From contig JAIPGM010000006.1 in assembly GCA_021735655.1 (NCBI GenBank), forward strand, positions 1 to 64,000: a stretch of 64,000 nucleotides of DNA, given 5' to 3'. The first letter of the stretch is position 1; the number at the start of each line of letters is the position of its first letter. Below the pieces are notes generated by a model. It had not been told where the DNA came from and did no database searches. It saw nothing but the letters and a program-made list of their open reading frames with translations. Both the position numbers and the translations under genes were made by a program. This DNA is from Candidatus Omnitrophota bacterium (lineage in GTDB: Bacteria; Omnitrophota; Gorgyraeia; Duberdicusellales; 4484-171). Shown here piece by piece: positions 1-10,680 of the stretch.

Positions 1-118
1 CTCCTTTACGGGGTCAATTAAGCCCCAGAAAAACAATACAACCTATAACCTATCTACTCTGTGACTATCTATTTATTCTACTGATAATCCAGAGTTTTCA
101 CCAACTATCATTGAACAA

Positions 119-1441
119 TTATCGTATCATCTCCTTTTTATCTTTCCAATATTTTAATAGCCTTTCTAGGCGTTTTATCACTCGATCTTTACCAATGAGT
201 TCAATTACCTCAAATAATCCCGGACCATCTTTCCTGCCGATTAAAGCCACCCTTACTGGCTGGACCAACAGGCGCAGTTTTAAATTCAAACTTTCGGCTG
301 CTGACCGAAAAATCTGTTCAATAGCTTCTTTTTGAAAATCAACCATCGGCCTTAACTTATCTAACAAAAAAGATACCTCTTTCGATGAATCAGTTTCGAG
401 AATTTTTTCTCCTTTTTGATCATAGTTAAAGTCTTCAGAAAAACAAAAACGTGTTTTACCAACCAACTCCGATAAAGTAACCGTTCTCTCCCTAAAAAGG
501 CCAGCCACCTTCTCTAAATATTCCCTACTTACTTCTAAAGGCAAAACTTTAGCCTCTTCTAAATAGCTTTTCATAAGATCAGTAAAAACTTTTGGGTCTT
601 TTCTTCGAATATAGTCTCCGTTAAGCCAGTTTAGCTTATCCAAAGAGAAAACCGCACCAGTTTTATTTACCTTCTTTAAATCGAATAACTCTTGAGCTTC
701 GGCCAACATAATAATTTCTTTATTTTCACCAGGAGACCAACCTAAAAGTAAAAGATAATTTACCAAACTCTCAGACAAATATCCGGCTTGCCGATACTCC
801 CTTATTGATGTAGCCCCAAACCTCTTAGACATTCTGCCGCCACCAGGAGAAAGGATTAAAGGCAAATGGGCAAACTGAGGAATCTCAAAATCTAAAGCTT
901 TATACATTAAAATTTGCTTAGGAGTATTAGATATATGGTCCTCGCCACGAATCACACAATTTATTTTCATAAGTGCATCATCAACCACGCAACTAAAATT
1001 GTAAGTTGGCGAACTGTCACTTTTAATTATCACTTCCTCAGGCTTAGGCAACTCAGTAAAGACAATATTACCTCTAATTAAATCATTTATCTCAATATTC
1101 TGAAAATCATATTTAAAAAATACGGCACCGTCTTTTTTATAAGCCTTACCTTCGTTAATAAGCTTTTGAGCATACTCTCGGTAAATATCAAATCTTTGAG
1201 ACTGCTGATATATTTGGTCCCAATCCATTCCTAACCATTCAATACTTTCTAAAATTTCATCTAAATACTCTTTTTTGGAACGTTCCTGATCGGTATCTTC
1301 AATCCGCAGGATAAACTCACCTTTATTTTTACGAGCATAAAGCCAACTGAAAAGACAAGTCCTGGCCCCACCGATATGCAAATATCCAGTCGGCGAAGGG
1401 GCAAACCTGGCTCTCAAAATTGGTTTATTGTTAACCATCAA
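119..1441 (-). CDS. gltX: Glutamyl-tRNA synthetase
   Basis: N-terminal class I aaRS HIGH motif (PSPTGYLHIGGART), KMSKS-like MSKR, length and overall composition typical of GluRS. Confidence 0.9.
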   Translation of the reverse strand: MMVNNKPILRARFAPSPTGYLHIGGARTCLFSWLYARKNKGEFILRIEDTDQERSKKEYLDEILESIEWLGMDWDQIYQQSQRFDIYREYAQKLINEGKAYKKDGAVFFKYDFQNIEINDLIRGNIVFTELPKPEEVIIKSDSSPTYNFSCVVDDALMKINCVIRGEDHISNTPKQILMYKALDFEIPQFAHLPLILSPGGGRMSKRFGATSIREYRQAGYLSESLVNYLLLLGWSPGENKEIIMLAEAQELFDLKKVNKTGAVFSLDKLNWLNGDYIRRKDPKVFTDLMKSYLEEAKVLPLEVSREYLEKVAGLFRERTVTLSELVGKTRFCFSEDFNYDQKGEKILETDSSKEVSFLLDKLRPMVDFQKEAIEQIFRSAAESLNLKLRLLVQPVRVALIGRKDGPGLFEVIELIGKDRVIKRLERLLKYWKDKKEMIR

Positions 1442-3365
1442 GGTCTCCTCCTAAGCTATCTAAACTTATCTTTAAACTCTCGGCTATTCTTTTGGCTCCA
1501 TCAATATTACCCAACTTTAAGTAAATTTTCGCTAAAAGCCTATGGGCTTTATCGGTAGGGTGAAACAATAGGCTCTTTCGACAATGAATAAAGGCTTTCT
1601 GATAATCATCCTCTTGGTAGGCCATTTGTGAAAGAAGATAATAACTATCAGAGTCACCCGGTGAAACCCTTAGAATCTCTTCTAAATATTCTCGGCTCTT
1701 TTGATTGTGACCTAAGCTATGTAAAATATTAGCCATATTAAAATAACCTTTCAGGGAAATTTTTTCAAACCTAACCTCATTCAAAAGATCTAGCTTTTTT
1801 AACTCTAAGGAAGCAAAGTTAACTTGATCTTGCTTAAGCTTAGGATTTTTCTTAAAAAAATCAACTGAAACAAAAATTATCCCCTTTTGACCAAAATAAA
1901 TACATTGATATCCTCGATCTCTTAACAGCTTGATTAACGGAGGTGGTGAGTCACGAAAATAAGTCAAGGCAAACCCTTCTATTTGATATTTCTCTACAAT
2001 TTCATCAAAGACTTTCTCATTGGCCATAACTATTTCACGATATCGAGAAAAAAACTGATGACCGTAGAACTCTGCCCTTCCGTCAATGAAAACTTGCCGT
2101 TGCGGGAAAAAATTAAATATCATTGCTGCCCCGAGATTAAAACTATTAAACATCCTCTCGGGCAACTCACGACTCTTCATAAAATCAATCATATCCTTCG
2201 GATACACCGATAAGTCTCGAGAGAAAAATATGCTCCGCTTATTGATCTTACCATCTCTAGTGATATGGGCTCTGCCTAATTTAGGAAACTGTATAACTTT
2301 CTTGGCCATCGGAATAGAAAGATTGACTGAATAAACTACAAATAAAACCTCCAGCAAAAGTAAACCCTTTTTATGCAAAATTGTTCTTAAAACAGTCTCC
2401 TTAATCACTGGATAACGATCAACAAATATTGCTATTGCCACCGGAATAAAAAAATACATATTCCGTAGCGAGTTTATAGAAAATATAAGCATTAAGACGC
2501 CGAGGCCCAAATAAAACCAATTCAAGCTGCTTAAAAAGCAAAGGCACAATATAGCAAAAATAATAAAAATAAAAAACTGCGGTTGAGCATGAATATTACG
2601 TAAGGGGCTTTCCAACTCCTGTATATATTTATAAAATAGAGCTTGTTGGCCAGTAATCATACCCTTGATAACTGTTAACGGATAACCAATCACAGCTAGC
2701 GGCTGAGGAGTAAAAAGACAAGCAAAAATACTACCGAAAAAGACCACCTTGGCCATTTTGTAAAAATCTTTATCTTCGGAAACTTTATTGAACTTACTTA
2801 GAATTAAATAAAGAATCAAAATCAAAGGACCCAAAAAGAAAAAGCCGTGAACATTAACCCAAATCAACTGGACAAAAGGCAACAGCCAAAGCAACCACTT
2901 TTTCTTAAAAACAAAAGGCAACAAAAATATGATCATAAAAAGAAGACTGAAGTTGTCCGGTCGCAAGGTAAAACGCCTCAAAGCTAACTGCAGCCCATAA
3001 ACCAGCAAAGGAAACCCAAATACCCAATTAGCCTTCAGAACCATCACCGTTAAAAGAAAAAATATCAAGGAAAAAAGCACTATTCTTAGAATAAAAAATC
3101 CTTGTAAACCAAAAGAATCATGAAAGCGATAAATTAAGGCTTGATACAACCATTCGTGATCAACCCAACCCTTACCATTCATAGTAAAAGAAAATATATC
3201 CGTCTTAGGGATAACTTTGCTGATAGTAATATATTCGCCAACCTTGGTGTGGAAAAAATAATCAGCACCACCTAAATTATAACAAGCACATAGAACCAGA
3301 TAAGAAAAAAAAATGAATAAAATTGGGACTTTTAAAAATCTAACTATTGTTTGAATAACTTTCAT
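1431..3365 (-). CDS. Polytopic membrane protein with C-terminal TPR repeats (possible GT-C-fold glycosyltransferase-like)
   Basis: More than 10 predicted hydrophobic helices in first ~400 aa; C-terminal ~130 aa with TPR-like helical repeats; 11-nt overlap with gltX. Confidence 0.5.
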   Translation of the reverse strand: MKVIQTIVRFLKVPILFIFFSYLVLCACYNLGGADYFFHTKVGEYITISKVIPKTDIFSFTMNGKGWVDHEWLYQALIYRFHDSFGLQGFFILRIVLFSLIFFLLTVMVLKANWVFGFPLLVYGLQLALRRFTLRPDNFSLLFMIIFLLPFVFKKKWLLWLLPFVQLIWVNVHGFFFLGPLILILYLILSKFNKVSEDKDFYKMAKVVFFGSIFACLFTPQPLAVIGYPLTVIKGMITGQQALFYKYIQELESPLRNIHAQPQFFIFIIFAILCLCFLSSLNWFYLGLGVLMLIFSINSLRNMYFFIPVAIAIFVDRYPVIKETVLRTILHKKGLLLLEVLFVVYSVNLSIPMAKKVIQFPKLGRAHITRDGKINKRSIFFSRDLSVYPKDMIDFMKSRELPERMFNSFNLGAAMIFNFFPQRQVFIDGRAEFYGHQFFSRYREIVMANEKVFDEIVEKYQIEGFALTYFRDSPPPLIKLLRDRGYQCIYFGQKGIIFVSVDFFKKNPKLKQDQVNFASLELKKLDLLNEVRFEKISLKGYFNMANILHSLGHNQKSREYLEEILRVSPGDSDSYYLLSQMAYQEDDYQKAFIHCRKSLLFHPTDKAHRLLAKIYLKLGNIDGAKRIAESLKISLDSLGGDLDG

Positions 3366-3898
3366 GGCTTATTAAACCTTTCGCCCAGCTTAAAAGCTTT
3401 AAGGTTAACTTCAAAACTACCCTTTTTGCTAAAGGTTTCTTCCAAAATAGAAATTATTGTTTTTCTCGCTAGAAGCTTTGGCTTCAAAGCGCTTAAAACC
3501 CCCAAAACTATAATGTTAGCTACCTTTATATTCCCACACTCCAAGGCCATTTCATTTAAAGGTAAAGCTATTGTCTTTATACCTGTTTTTAAGTTTATTT
3601 TGGGAATCAAGTCGGAATTTAAAATAACTAAACTGTTTTGCCTGAATTCACTTCTAAATTTATCCAATGAAGGCTGGTTAAAGATAATCGCAACGTCAGG
3701 GCTATCCATAAAAGGAGAGGCTATCGATAAATCAGAAATTTTTACTAAACAGTGAGCGGTTCCACCCCGCATCTCTGCTCCGTAAGAAGGAAAAAAAATA
3801 GTATGCTTGCCTTCACAGGTAGCAGCTCTAGCTAAAATCTTACCCAAGCTCATTAAGCCTTGACCGCCAAATCCTGAAATTAAAATATCTGTCTTCAC
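3362..3898 (-). CDS. 2-oxoacid:ferredoxin oxidoreductase gamma subunit
   Basis: MKTDILISGFGGQGLMSLGKILA motif typical of POR/KOR/VOR gamma subunits; operon context with alpha/beta/delta. Confidence 0.85.
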   Translation of the reverse strand: MKTDILISGFGGQGLMSLGKILARAATCEGKHTIFFPSYGAEMRGGTAHCLVKISDLSIASPFMDSPDVAIIFNQPSLDKFRSEFRQNSLVILNSDLIPKINLKTGIKTIALPLNEMALECGNIKVANIIVLGVLSALKPKLLARKTIISILEETFSKKGSFEVNLKAFKLGERFNKP

Positions 3899-4632
3899 TA
3901 TTCTTTAATAACTCCTAAGGGAAATTCTTTTACCATTTCTTCTTCAATCCATTTTACCGATTCCAACGCTGACTTCTGCCAAATTGTCGGACAACTACTT
4001 AAAACTTCAACTAAAGAAAAACCCTTTCTGGAAATTTGATTCATAAAGGCTTTCTTTATATACTGACGAGTCTTAACTACCTGTTTAGGACTACTAACTG
4101 AGCTACGAACAATATAAGTTACCCCGTTAAGATCTTTAAGCATTTCGCTTAGATGTAAGGGCCAACCTTCACCACTTCCAGGATCTCTTCCCCAAGGAGT
4201 AGTAGCTGTTCTTTGCCCAACGACAGTGGTCGGAGCCATTTGGCCTCCGGTCATACCATAGCAAGCATTATTCACAAAGATACAAGTTAAGTTCTCTCCT
4301 CTATTGGCAGCATGGACAGTTTCAGCCAAACCAATAGAAGCTAAATCTCCATCACCTTGATAAGTAAAAACTACGTTTTTCGGCAAGCAACGCTTTATAC
4401 CGGTTGCAACAGCTAAAGCTCTTCCGTGAGCAGCCTCGGAAACATCAAAATCCCAATAGTCATAAGCAACTACTGCACAACCCACCGGAGCAACTCCAAT
4501 AATTTTATCTCTCAAACCCAACTCATCAACAACTTCAGCTACTAACCGGTGTAAAATTCCATGACCGCATCCAGAACAATAATGCGTGCTGACGTCTTTT
4601 AAGCTTTGTGGTCGACTGAATTTTTTCTTCAT
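3898..4632 (-). CDS. 2-oxoacid:ferredoxin oxidoreductase beta subunit (TPP-binding)
   Basis: CSGCGHGI N-terminal Cys motif and GDG TPP-binding signature of POR beta subunits. Confidence 0.88.
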   Translation of the reverse strand: MKKKFSRPQSLKDVSTHYCSGCGHGILHRLVAEVVDELGLRDKIIGVAPVGCAVVAYDYWDFDVSEAAHGRALAVATGIKRCLPKNVVFTYQGDGDLASIGLAETVHAANRGENLTCIFVNNACYGMTGGQMAPTTVVGQRTATTPWGRDPGSGEGWPLHLSEMLKDLNGVTYIVRSSVSSPKQVVKTRQYIKKAFMNQISRKGFSLVEVLSSCPTIWQKSALESVKWIEEEMVKEFPLGVIKE

Positions 4633-5747
4633 ATCTGTTTCTTTACGAATTTAACAATATCTAAGGTAGACGGAACCCCGCCGCCAGTTTTTCCTAAAAA
4701 ATAAACTTCCTTCTCAGGCAAAGCCAAACGTACGTCGTCTACCATTTGGCCCAAAGACTGTTCTACAACCACTAACCTCTTTAACTTTTCAGCAGTCTTT
4801 CGTAAACCCTTTTCAGGATAAGGCCATAAACTTATTGGCCTGAAAAGACCCGAGTTTATGTTTTGCTTTCTTAAAATATCCACGGCTTCTTTAGCCATGC
4901 GAGCCTGTGACCCATAGGCAACGATTAAAATTTCAGCATCTTTAACCTTGTAAGTAGAGAATCTTTGTTCGCTTTTTTTAATTTGCTCCCATTTTTTCTC
5001 TAATTTCAGATTATGTAACTCAAGCAAACCTTCTTTCAAAAAGAACGACTTTACTACTTTAGGAGATTTTTTCTTTAAACAACCTAAAGCCCAGTCTTTT
5101 TTGGGCAAGTTTTTCTTAAATACTTTTTTAAATTTTAAGCTAACTGGTTCCATCATCTGACCAATAACCGCATCAGCCAAAACTAAAACCGGATTTCTAT
5201 AGTAATCAGCTAAATCAAAGGCTAAGACAGTAAGCTCACCAGCCTCTTCAACGCTCCAAGGAGAAAGGGCCGGAGTAAAATAATCACCATGACCGCCACC
5301 GCGAGTAGTCTGAAAATAATCTGCCTGCGAAGGAGCGATATTGCCTAAGCCCGGTCCACCCCGCATCACATTAATAATTACTGCTGGGAGCTCGGCGCCA
5401 GCCAAATAAGAAATTCCTTCCTGCTTTAAAGATATTCCCGGGCTAGATGAACTAGTCATTGACCGTCGGCCAGTGCTGGATGCACCAAAAACCATATTTA
5501 TTGCTGCCAGTTCACTCTCGGCCTGAATAAAGGCTCGACCACACTGCTTCATCGCCTTAGCCATATAAGCAATGATTTCATTCTGAGGAGTTATTGGATA
5601 ACCAGCATAAAAATCGCAACCGGCCTTAACTGCAGCCTCGGCCATAGCTTCATTGCCAGTCATTAATCTTCTCTTTTGTTGTCGACTATTCTTCATGAAC
5701 TTCAATACAGGTTTCCGGACAAATAAAAAAACAAAATCCACAACCAA
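4629..5747 (-). CDS. 2-oxoacid:ferredoxin oxidoreductase alpha subunit
   Basis: Typical POR alpha domain composition (GYPITPQNEI, transketolase-like C-terminal domain); translationally coupled with beta. Confidence 0.85.
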   Translation of the reverse strand: MVVDFVFLFVRKPVLKFMKNSRQQKRRLMTGNEAMAEAAVKAGCDFYAGYPITPQNEIIAYMAKAMKQCGRAFIQAESELAAINMVFGASSTGRRSMTSSSSPGISLKQEGISYLAGAELPAVIINVMRGGPGLGNIAPSQADYFQTTRGGGHGDYFTPALSPWSVEEAGELTVLAFDLADYYRNPVLVLADAVIGQMMEPVSLKFKKVFKKNLPKKDWALGCLKKKSPKVVKSFFLKEGLLELHNLKLEKKWEQIKKSEQRFSTYKVKDAEILIVAYGSQARMAKEAVDILRKQNINSGLFRPISLWPYPEKGLRKTAEKLKRLVVVEQSLGQMVDDVRLALPEKEVYFLGKTGGGVPSTLDIVKFVKKQI

Positions 5748-5952
5748 TGCAATTAGTTTTTGGATTTATTTCAATATACTTAACCCCTTTTTTATTTAAA
5801 TCTAAAGACTGCTTAAGGTATTTGGTCGGACAATAAAAAATGCAAAGCTCGCAGGCCTTGCACCTATCCTTATCTACGATTATTCGGCAAGAAACCGGCC
5901 GGGATATTTTTTGATTACTGTTTTTTTTACGGCTGGTATACAGCTTACTCAT
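5686..5952 (-). CDS. 2-oxoacid:ferredoxin oxidoreductase delta subunit (2x[4Fe-4S] ferredoxin)
   Basis: Two CxxCxxCxxxCP ferredoxin motifs (CKACELCIFYCP, CIGCGFCFFICP). Confidence 0.85.
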   Translation of the reverse strand: MSKLYTSRKKNSNQKISRPVSCRIIVDKDRCKACELCIFYCPTKYLKQSLDLNKKGVKYIEINPKTNCIGCGFCFFICPETCIEVHEE

Positions 5953-7820
5953 TTTTTTACTGATCTTGTTTCCAATGCTTTTCTTATTTTACCACTAAGA
6001 CTTTCGGCATCTAAACCATACATGTTTAGCAAATCTTTTCTTTTAGCTGCCGGTATAAATTCATCAGGGAATCCAACCCTAATCAATTTAGTTTTTTTAA
6101 GTAAATCATAGGACTCATATAATTCGATAACAGCACTACCAAAACCACCGGCTAAATTTCCTTCTTCAATGGTAATAATTAAATCATGATTCAAGACTAG
6201 TTGTTTTAATAGGTCCTCATCAAGAGGTTTTATAAAACGAGCATTTACTACTGTAAGCTTAATCCCCTCCTTAGCCAACAAATCGGAACATTCTACAGCT
6301 ACTCTAACCATTGAACCAAGTGCAATTAAACAAACATCTTCTCCGGCCCTGATAAGCTCTGATTTACCAATTTCAATGGCCTGTTTTTTGTCTAAAGAGT
6401 AGGCTGCTTCGCGTGGATAGCGTATACTCACTGGTTTTTTAAGACTCGTGGCAAATTCTAGCATATTCTGAAACTCTTCGCCATCTTTAGGTGCCAAGCA
6501 AACCATGTTTGGAATGGCCCGTAAATACCCAATATCAAAAACGCCGTGATGAGTAGGGCCATCTTCTCCTACTACTCCGGAACGATCAATAGCGAAAATT
6601 ACGCCCAAATTTTGCAAAGCTACATCGTGAATAATTTGATCATAGGCCCGCTGCAAAAACGTAGAATAAATAGCAACAACCGGTTTAAGACCCCGCTTGG
6701 CAAGGCCAGAAGCAAAACCAACAGCATGAGACTCAGCAATGCCAACATCGAACAACCTACCAGGAAATTTCTTACCAAATAAATCAAGCCCGGTTCCTTT
6801 TGGCATAGCAGCAGTTATCGCCACTATCTTAGGATCTTTCTCAGCTAAAATAATAAGTTTTTTAGCAAAAATATCACTAAAGGTCTCTTTGACTGGTCTA
6901 TCCGACTGACCGGTTTCAACATCAAAGCCTGATGTTCCATGGAAATATTCAGGATTCTCTTCAGCATGGACATAACCCTTACCTTTTTTAGTTATGACAT
7001 GCAAGACTCTCGGACCACTAAGAGTCGCAACGTTAATCAAAGTAGGAACTAAAGCTTCTAAATTATGTCCATCAATCGGACCAAAATAACGAAAACCTAA
7101 CTCTTCAAAAAATATTCCTGGAACAACTAAACCCTTTACGCTTTCTTCAAATTTACGGGCTCTTTTTACTAGCCCTTTGATTAAAGAAAAATGTTCTAAA
7201 AAAGATTCCAATTCATTTTTTATCCGGTTATAAATCGGTGCTGAAATTATCTTGGTAAGATGTGCACTCAATGCTCCCACCGAAGGTGAAATGCTCATCT
7301 CATTATGATTAACAACTACTAAAACATCATTCTGAGAATGACCACAAGAATTCAACGCCTCAAAACACATCCCTCCAGTTAACGAACCGTCGCCGACTAC
7401 GGCTATGGTTTTTGTCTTATCTTTTTCAAGTCGCTTAGCCTCAGCTAGTCCTTGAGCCCAAGATATTGCCGTAGAAGCATGGCCAGAAATATATAAGTCA
7501 TAAGCTGACTCCTGATAATTAGGAAAACCGCTTATACCTTTATATTCTCTCAAAGTAGAAAAACTTTTTTTGCGACCAGTAATTATTTTATGAGCATAGG
7601 CTTGATGCCCTACATCAAAAATAATCGAATCTTGCGGTGTATCAAAACAATAATGCAAAGCCAAGCATAGCTCAACTGCTCCTAAAGATGAGGCTAGATG
7701 CCCACCTTTCTGAGAAACTACCCTAACAATTAAATCCCTTATTTCCTGACTTAAAAGTTTCAGCTCCTCAATGGTTAGCTTTTTTAAATCTTGACTGGAA
7801 TTCACCCTATTCAAAATCAT
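5949..7820 (-). CDS. dxs: 1-deoxy-D-xylulose-5-phosphate synthase
   Basis: GHLASSLGAVELCLALHY and GDG TPP motif, transketolase-like C-terminal domains; 623 aa. Confidence 0.92.
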   Translation of the reverse strand: MILNRVNSSQDLKKLTIEELKLLSQEIRDLIVRVVSQKGGHLASSLGAVELCLALHYCFDTPQDSIIFDVGHQAYAHKIITGRKKSFSTLREYKGISGFPNYQESAYDLYISGHASTAISWAQGLAEAKRLEKDKTKTIAVVGDGSLTGGMCFEALNSCGHSQNDVLVVVNHNEMSISPSVGALSAHLTKIISAPIYNRIKNELESFLEHFSLIKGLVKRARKFEESVKGLVVPGIFFEELGFRYFGPIDGHNLEALVPTLINVATLSGPRVLHVITKKGKGYVHAEENPEYFHGTSGFDVETGQSDRPVKETFSDIFAKKLIILAEKDPKIVAITAAMPKGTGLDLFGKKFPGRLFDVGIAESHAVGFASGLAKRGLKPVVAIYSTFLQRAYDQIIHDVALQNLGVIFAIDRSGVVGEDGPTHHGVFDIGYLRAIPNMVCLAPKDGEEFQNMLEFATSLKKPVSIRYPREAAYSLDKKQAIEIGKSELIRAGEDVCLIALGSMVRVAVECSDLLAKEGIKLTVVNARFIKPLDEDLLKQLVLNHDLIITIEEGNLAGGFGSAVIELYESYDLLKKTKLIRVGFPDEFIPAAKRKDLLNMYGLDAESLSGKIRKALETRSVKK

Positions 7821-8176
7821 TGTTCTTTAGAAATAATTGCTTCGACTAGTTTTTTAATTAATTCTTGGTCTTTTTGACTAATTTGATAAAACTCTATTCC
7901 AGTATCATATCCTAAAGATTCAGAAGACTCTAAGTCTCGCCTAGGCACCATCCAAGTTACCCTGCCCTTGCAGCTCACTACGCTACTATTTACTTCAATT
8001 TCCAAACCAACCATCGAAGAAACCTCAATAGCTTCATCAATAATAACTCGAACTCCTCCGGCGCCGATATTTTCAGTTATAGTCGCGATGACACTCTCTT
8101 TTGGAGTATGGACAATTATTTTACAAGGAAGATTAGCTCGAGGAAAACGTCTTTTTTCTGTATTTTGCCAACTCAT
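7817..8176 (-). CDS. PilZ domain protein (putative c-di-GMP receptor)
   Basis: RRFPRANLPCKII (RxxxR) followed by D-x-S-x-G-G motif (ENIGAGGVRV), 119 aa. Confidence 0.7.
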   Translation of the reverse strand: MSWQNTEKRRFPRANLPCKIIVHTPKESVIATITENIGAGGVRVIIDEAIEVSSMVGLEIEVNSSVVSCKGRVTWMVPRRDLESSESLGYDTGIEFYQISQKDQELIKKLVEAIISKEQ

Positions 8177-8182
8177 TATTTT

Positions 8183-8965
8183 TCACCTCACATCTTTTTT
8201 ATACTCAACCCTCTTTATTGAAAGAGCTTTGCCGGTTTCTGGATCAGCCTCAAACAAAACCCCCTGTATGCGCACATCATCTTGGGCTAAATCAAAACGT
8301 ATCGGTAGATTGGTAACAAACCGCTCAACAATCTGACCTTTCTGGCGCCCCAAAACAGAATCAAAACTTCCAGTCATACCACAATCAGTAATATAGGCCG
8401 TGAAGTCATCAATAATCCTTTCATCAGCAGTGGGTATATGAGTATGCGTACCAATAACTGCCGTTACCTTCTGAGCAAGAAAATAGCCCATAGCTAATTT
8501 CTCACTTGTTGCCTCAGCATGCATATCAACAACAATTATCTTAGCTTGACTGCGAATCTCTTCTAAGACCGCCTGAATTGCCTTAAACGGACAATCCGCC
8601 GGCTGCATAAAGACTCTCCCTAAGAGGTTAACTACTGCTATCTTACTGCCAGCGACCTCCTTAATCAAATAGCCTCTACCGGGAGCGGTTTCTCCATAGT
8701 TTAATGGTCTTAAGGTATCGCTATTCGCCAAAACATCTCTTGCCTCTTTCTTTTTAAAAATATGATCACCACTAGTAACCAAATCGATACCTGAGCTAAA
8801 AAGATCTTTGGCTGTATCAAGTGTGATACTTGAACCGCCGGCTGAATTTTCACCATTAGCAATAATAAAATCTAAGCTGAGTTCCTTCCTTAAAGAAGGA
8901 AGAAAATCATTAAGATAGATCCTGGCTGGCTTTCCAACAATATCACCAATAAACAATATCTTCAT
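8183..8965 (-). CDS. ymdB: YmdB-family metallophosphoesterase (TIGR00282)
   Basis: MKILFIGDIVGKPAR ... ANGENSAGG ... HAEATSEK motifs; conserved rny-ymdB gene pair. Confidence 0.85.
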   Translation of the reverse strand: MKILFIGDIVGKPARIYLNDFLPSLRKELSLDFIIANGENSAGGSSITLDTAKDLFSSGIDLVTSGDHIFKKKEARDVLANSDTLRPLNYGETAPGRGYLIKEVAGSKIAVVNLLGRVFMQPADCPFKAIQAVLEEIRSQAKIIVVDMHAEATSEKLAMGYFLAQKVTAVIGTHTHIPTADERIIDDFTAYITDCGMTGSFDSVLGRQKGQIVERFVTNLPIRFDLAQDDVRIQGVLFEADPETGKALSIKRVEYKKDVR

Positions 8966-9002
8966 TTTTTTATTCCCACTCCTTTAGACTTAAAACCTGG
9001 AC

Positions 9003-10553
9003 CTATTTAGCATAATCAACGGCTCTGGTTTCTCTAATTACGGTAATCTTGATATTGCCAGGATAATCCATTTCTTGCTCTAGTTTCTTTTTTACCTCAT
9101 GAGCCATAATAGCAATTTCATTATCCTTAACTTTATTCGGCTGGACAATTACCCGAATCTCACGTCCAGCCTGAATAGCAAAGCTCTTATCTACCCCTTC
9201 AAAAGAATTAGCGATTGTCTCTATCTGCCTGAGTCGTTTAATATAAGTTTCTAAGGTTTCTCGACGGGCTCCCGGTCGGGAAGCTGAAATTGCATCAGCA
9301 ACAAGGGCGAGAAGAGAATACAAAGATATAAAATCAACATCTTCATGATGAGACTCGGCGGCGTTAATAACAAACTCATGTTCGCCATATTTCTTTAATA
9401 GGTCAGCTCCAATTTCAGCATGCGTTCCTTCTACTTGATGATCGATAGCCTTGCCGATATCATGTAATAAACCAGCCCGCTTAGCAATTCGCGAATCAAG
9501 TTCGAGCTCAGAAGCTAAAATACCCATAATAATTGCAACTTCTTTTGAATGCTGAAGAGCATTTTGGCCAAAGCTAGTACGATATTTTAGCTTACCAAGA
9601 AGTTTTATCAATTCCGGATGCAAGTTGTGAATTCCAACATCAAAGGCTGCGGTTTTTCCTTCTTCCATCAGGCGTTTATCAAACTCCTGTTTAGTCTTCT
9701 CAACAACTTCTTCGATCCGGGCCGGATGGATTCTTCCATCCTGAACTAATTTTTCTAAAGCTGTTCGGGCGATTTCCCGACGAATAGGATCAAACCCAGA
9801 AACACTAACTGCCTCAGGAGTATCGTCAATGATTAAATCTACTCCCGTGGCCATCTCAAACATCCGAATATTGCGCCCTTCTCTTCCGATTATTCTTCCC
9901 TTAATCTCATCGTTAGGTAATGAGACTACACTCACTGTAGTCTCAGTTGTATGCTCGACGGCGCAACGTTGGATAGCCTGAGAGATAATTTCTTTGGCTT
10001 TCTGATCTGACTCCTCCTTAACAGCCTCTTCCATTTCACGAATCATTTTTGCTTTTTCGCCACGCAACTCTTCTTCATAGCGCCTCAACAAAAGCTCGCG
10101 GGCTTCCTGGGGAGTTAAAGAAGATATACTTTTAAGCTTCTCTTTTTCCTCCTCGATTAATTGATTCAAAGCTTGATTTTTTTTATCTGCTTCATAAGCC
10201 GCTTGTTTTAAATTTTCCTCTTGCTTAGTTAACTCATTAGATTTACTCTCAATAAAATCAAGCCGTTTTTCTAAATTCTCCTCTCTTTGAAGAAGCCGTT
10301 TTTCAAGTTGTACCAGCTCACTCTTCTTGGAAGAATTCTGCTTTTCAAAGTCTATCCTTAACTTATAAAGTAATTCCTTTGCATCAAGATCTGCCTTACG
10401 AACAATCTCCTCGGCTCTAAACTTAGCTTCTTTAACTATCTTTTCAGCATCTTCTTTAGATTTATTAACTTTATTCTTTTGAATAACTTCGCCTAACCAC
10501 CATCCGATAATTGCGCCAGTGACACCACTAATTGCAATGTAAAGTGTAAACAT
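9003..10553 (-). CDS. rny: Ribonuclease Y
   Basis: N-terminal TM helix, long coiled coil, KH domain ([12 protein letters not shown]), HD domain (LHDIGK...HH). Confidence 0.92.
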   Translation of the reverse strand: MFTLYIAISGVTGAIIGWWLGEVIQKNKVNKSKEDAEKIVKEAKFRAEEIVRKADLDAKELLYKLRIDFEKQNSSKKSELVQLEKRLLQREENLEKRLDFIESKSNELTKQEENLKQAAYEADKKNQALNQLIEEEKEKLKSISSLTPQEARELLLRRYEEELRGEKAKMIREMEEAVKEESDQKAKEIISQAIQRCAVEHTTETTVSVVSLPNDEIKGRIIGREGRNIRMFEMATGVDLIIDDTPEAVSVSGFDPIRREIARTALEKLVQDGRIHPARIEEVVEKTKQEFDKRLMEEGKTAAFDVGIHNLHPELIKLLGKLKYRTSFGQNALQHSKEVAIIMGILASELELDSRIAKRAGLLHDIGKAIDHQVEGTHAEIGADLLKKYGEHEFVINAAESHHEDVDFISLYSLLALVADAISASRPGARRETLETYIKRLRQIETIANSFEGVDKSFAIQAGREIRVIVQPNKVKDNEIAIMAHEVKKKLEQEMDYPGNIKITVIRETRAVDYAK

Positions 10554-10680
10554 GTTGCCTCCTTTATTTAAACCCGCCGGGCCTAAGTAAACCAGCAGGG
10601 ATTGGTGCAGATTTATTTCCCTAAATAATACAAGATCTCTTCTAATAAATTATTTTTGAGATCTACACCCAGTTTGTGAT

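Noticed and set aside
1-118. Short hairpin GGGGTCAATTAAGCCCC near the window start; checked for a tRNA or terminator downstream of gltX
   Set aside because: It has no cloverleaf-compatible arms. On the gltX (minus) transcript the U-run precedes rather than follows the stem, so nothing is called.
111-335. Numerous short plus-strand ORFs nested antisense inside long minus-strand genes (e.g. 111-335, 1376-1558, 1983-2334, 5911-6111, 6546-6782, 7968-8336, 13209-13412, 14501-15319, 18494-18730, 20664-21134, 23062-23955, 24953-25189, 25967-26188, 31499-31762, 36254-36466, 47712-47924, 49529-49729, 51350-51589, 53789-54043, 54996-55277, 56485-56760, 56908-57669, 58149-58379, 59514-59699, 61223-61662, 62790-63071, 63657-63845)
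   Set aside because: They have no RBS, are low-complexity or hydrophobic from AT-rich antisense translation, and are fully overlapped by well-supported genes with recognisable domains.
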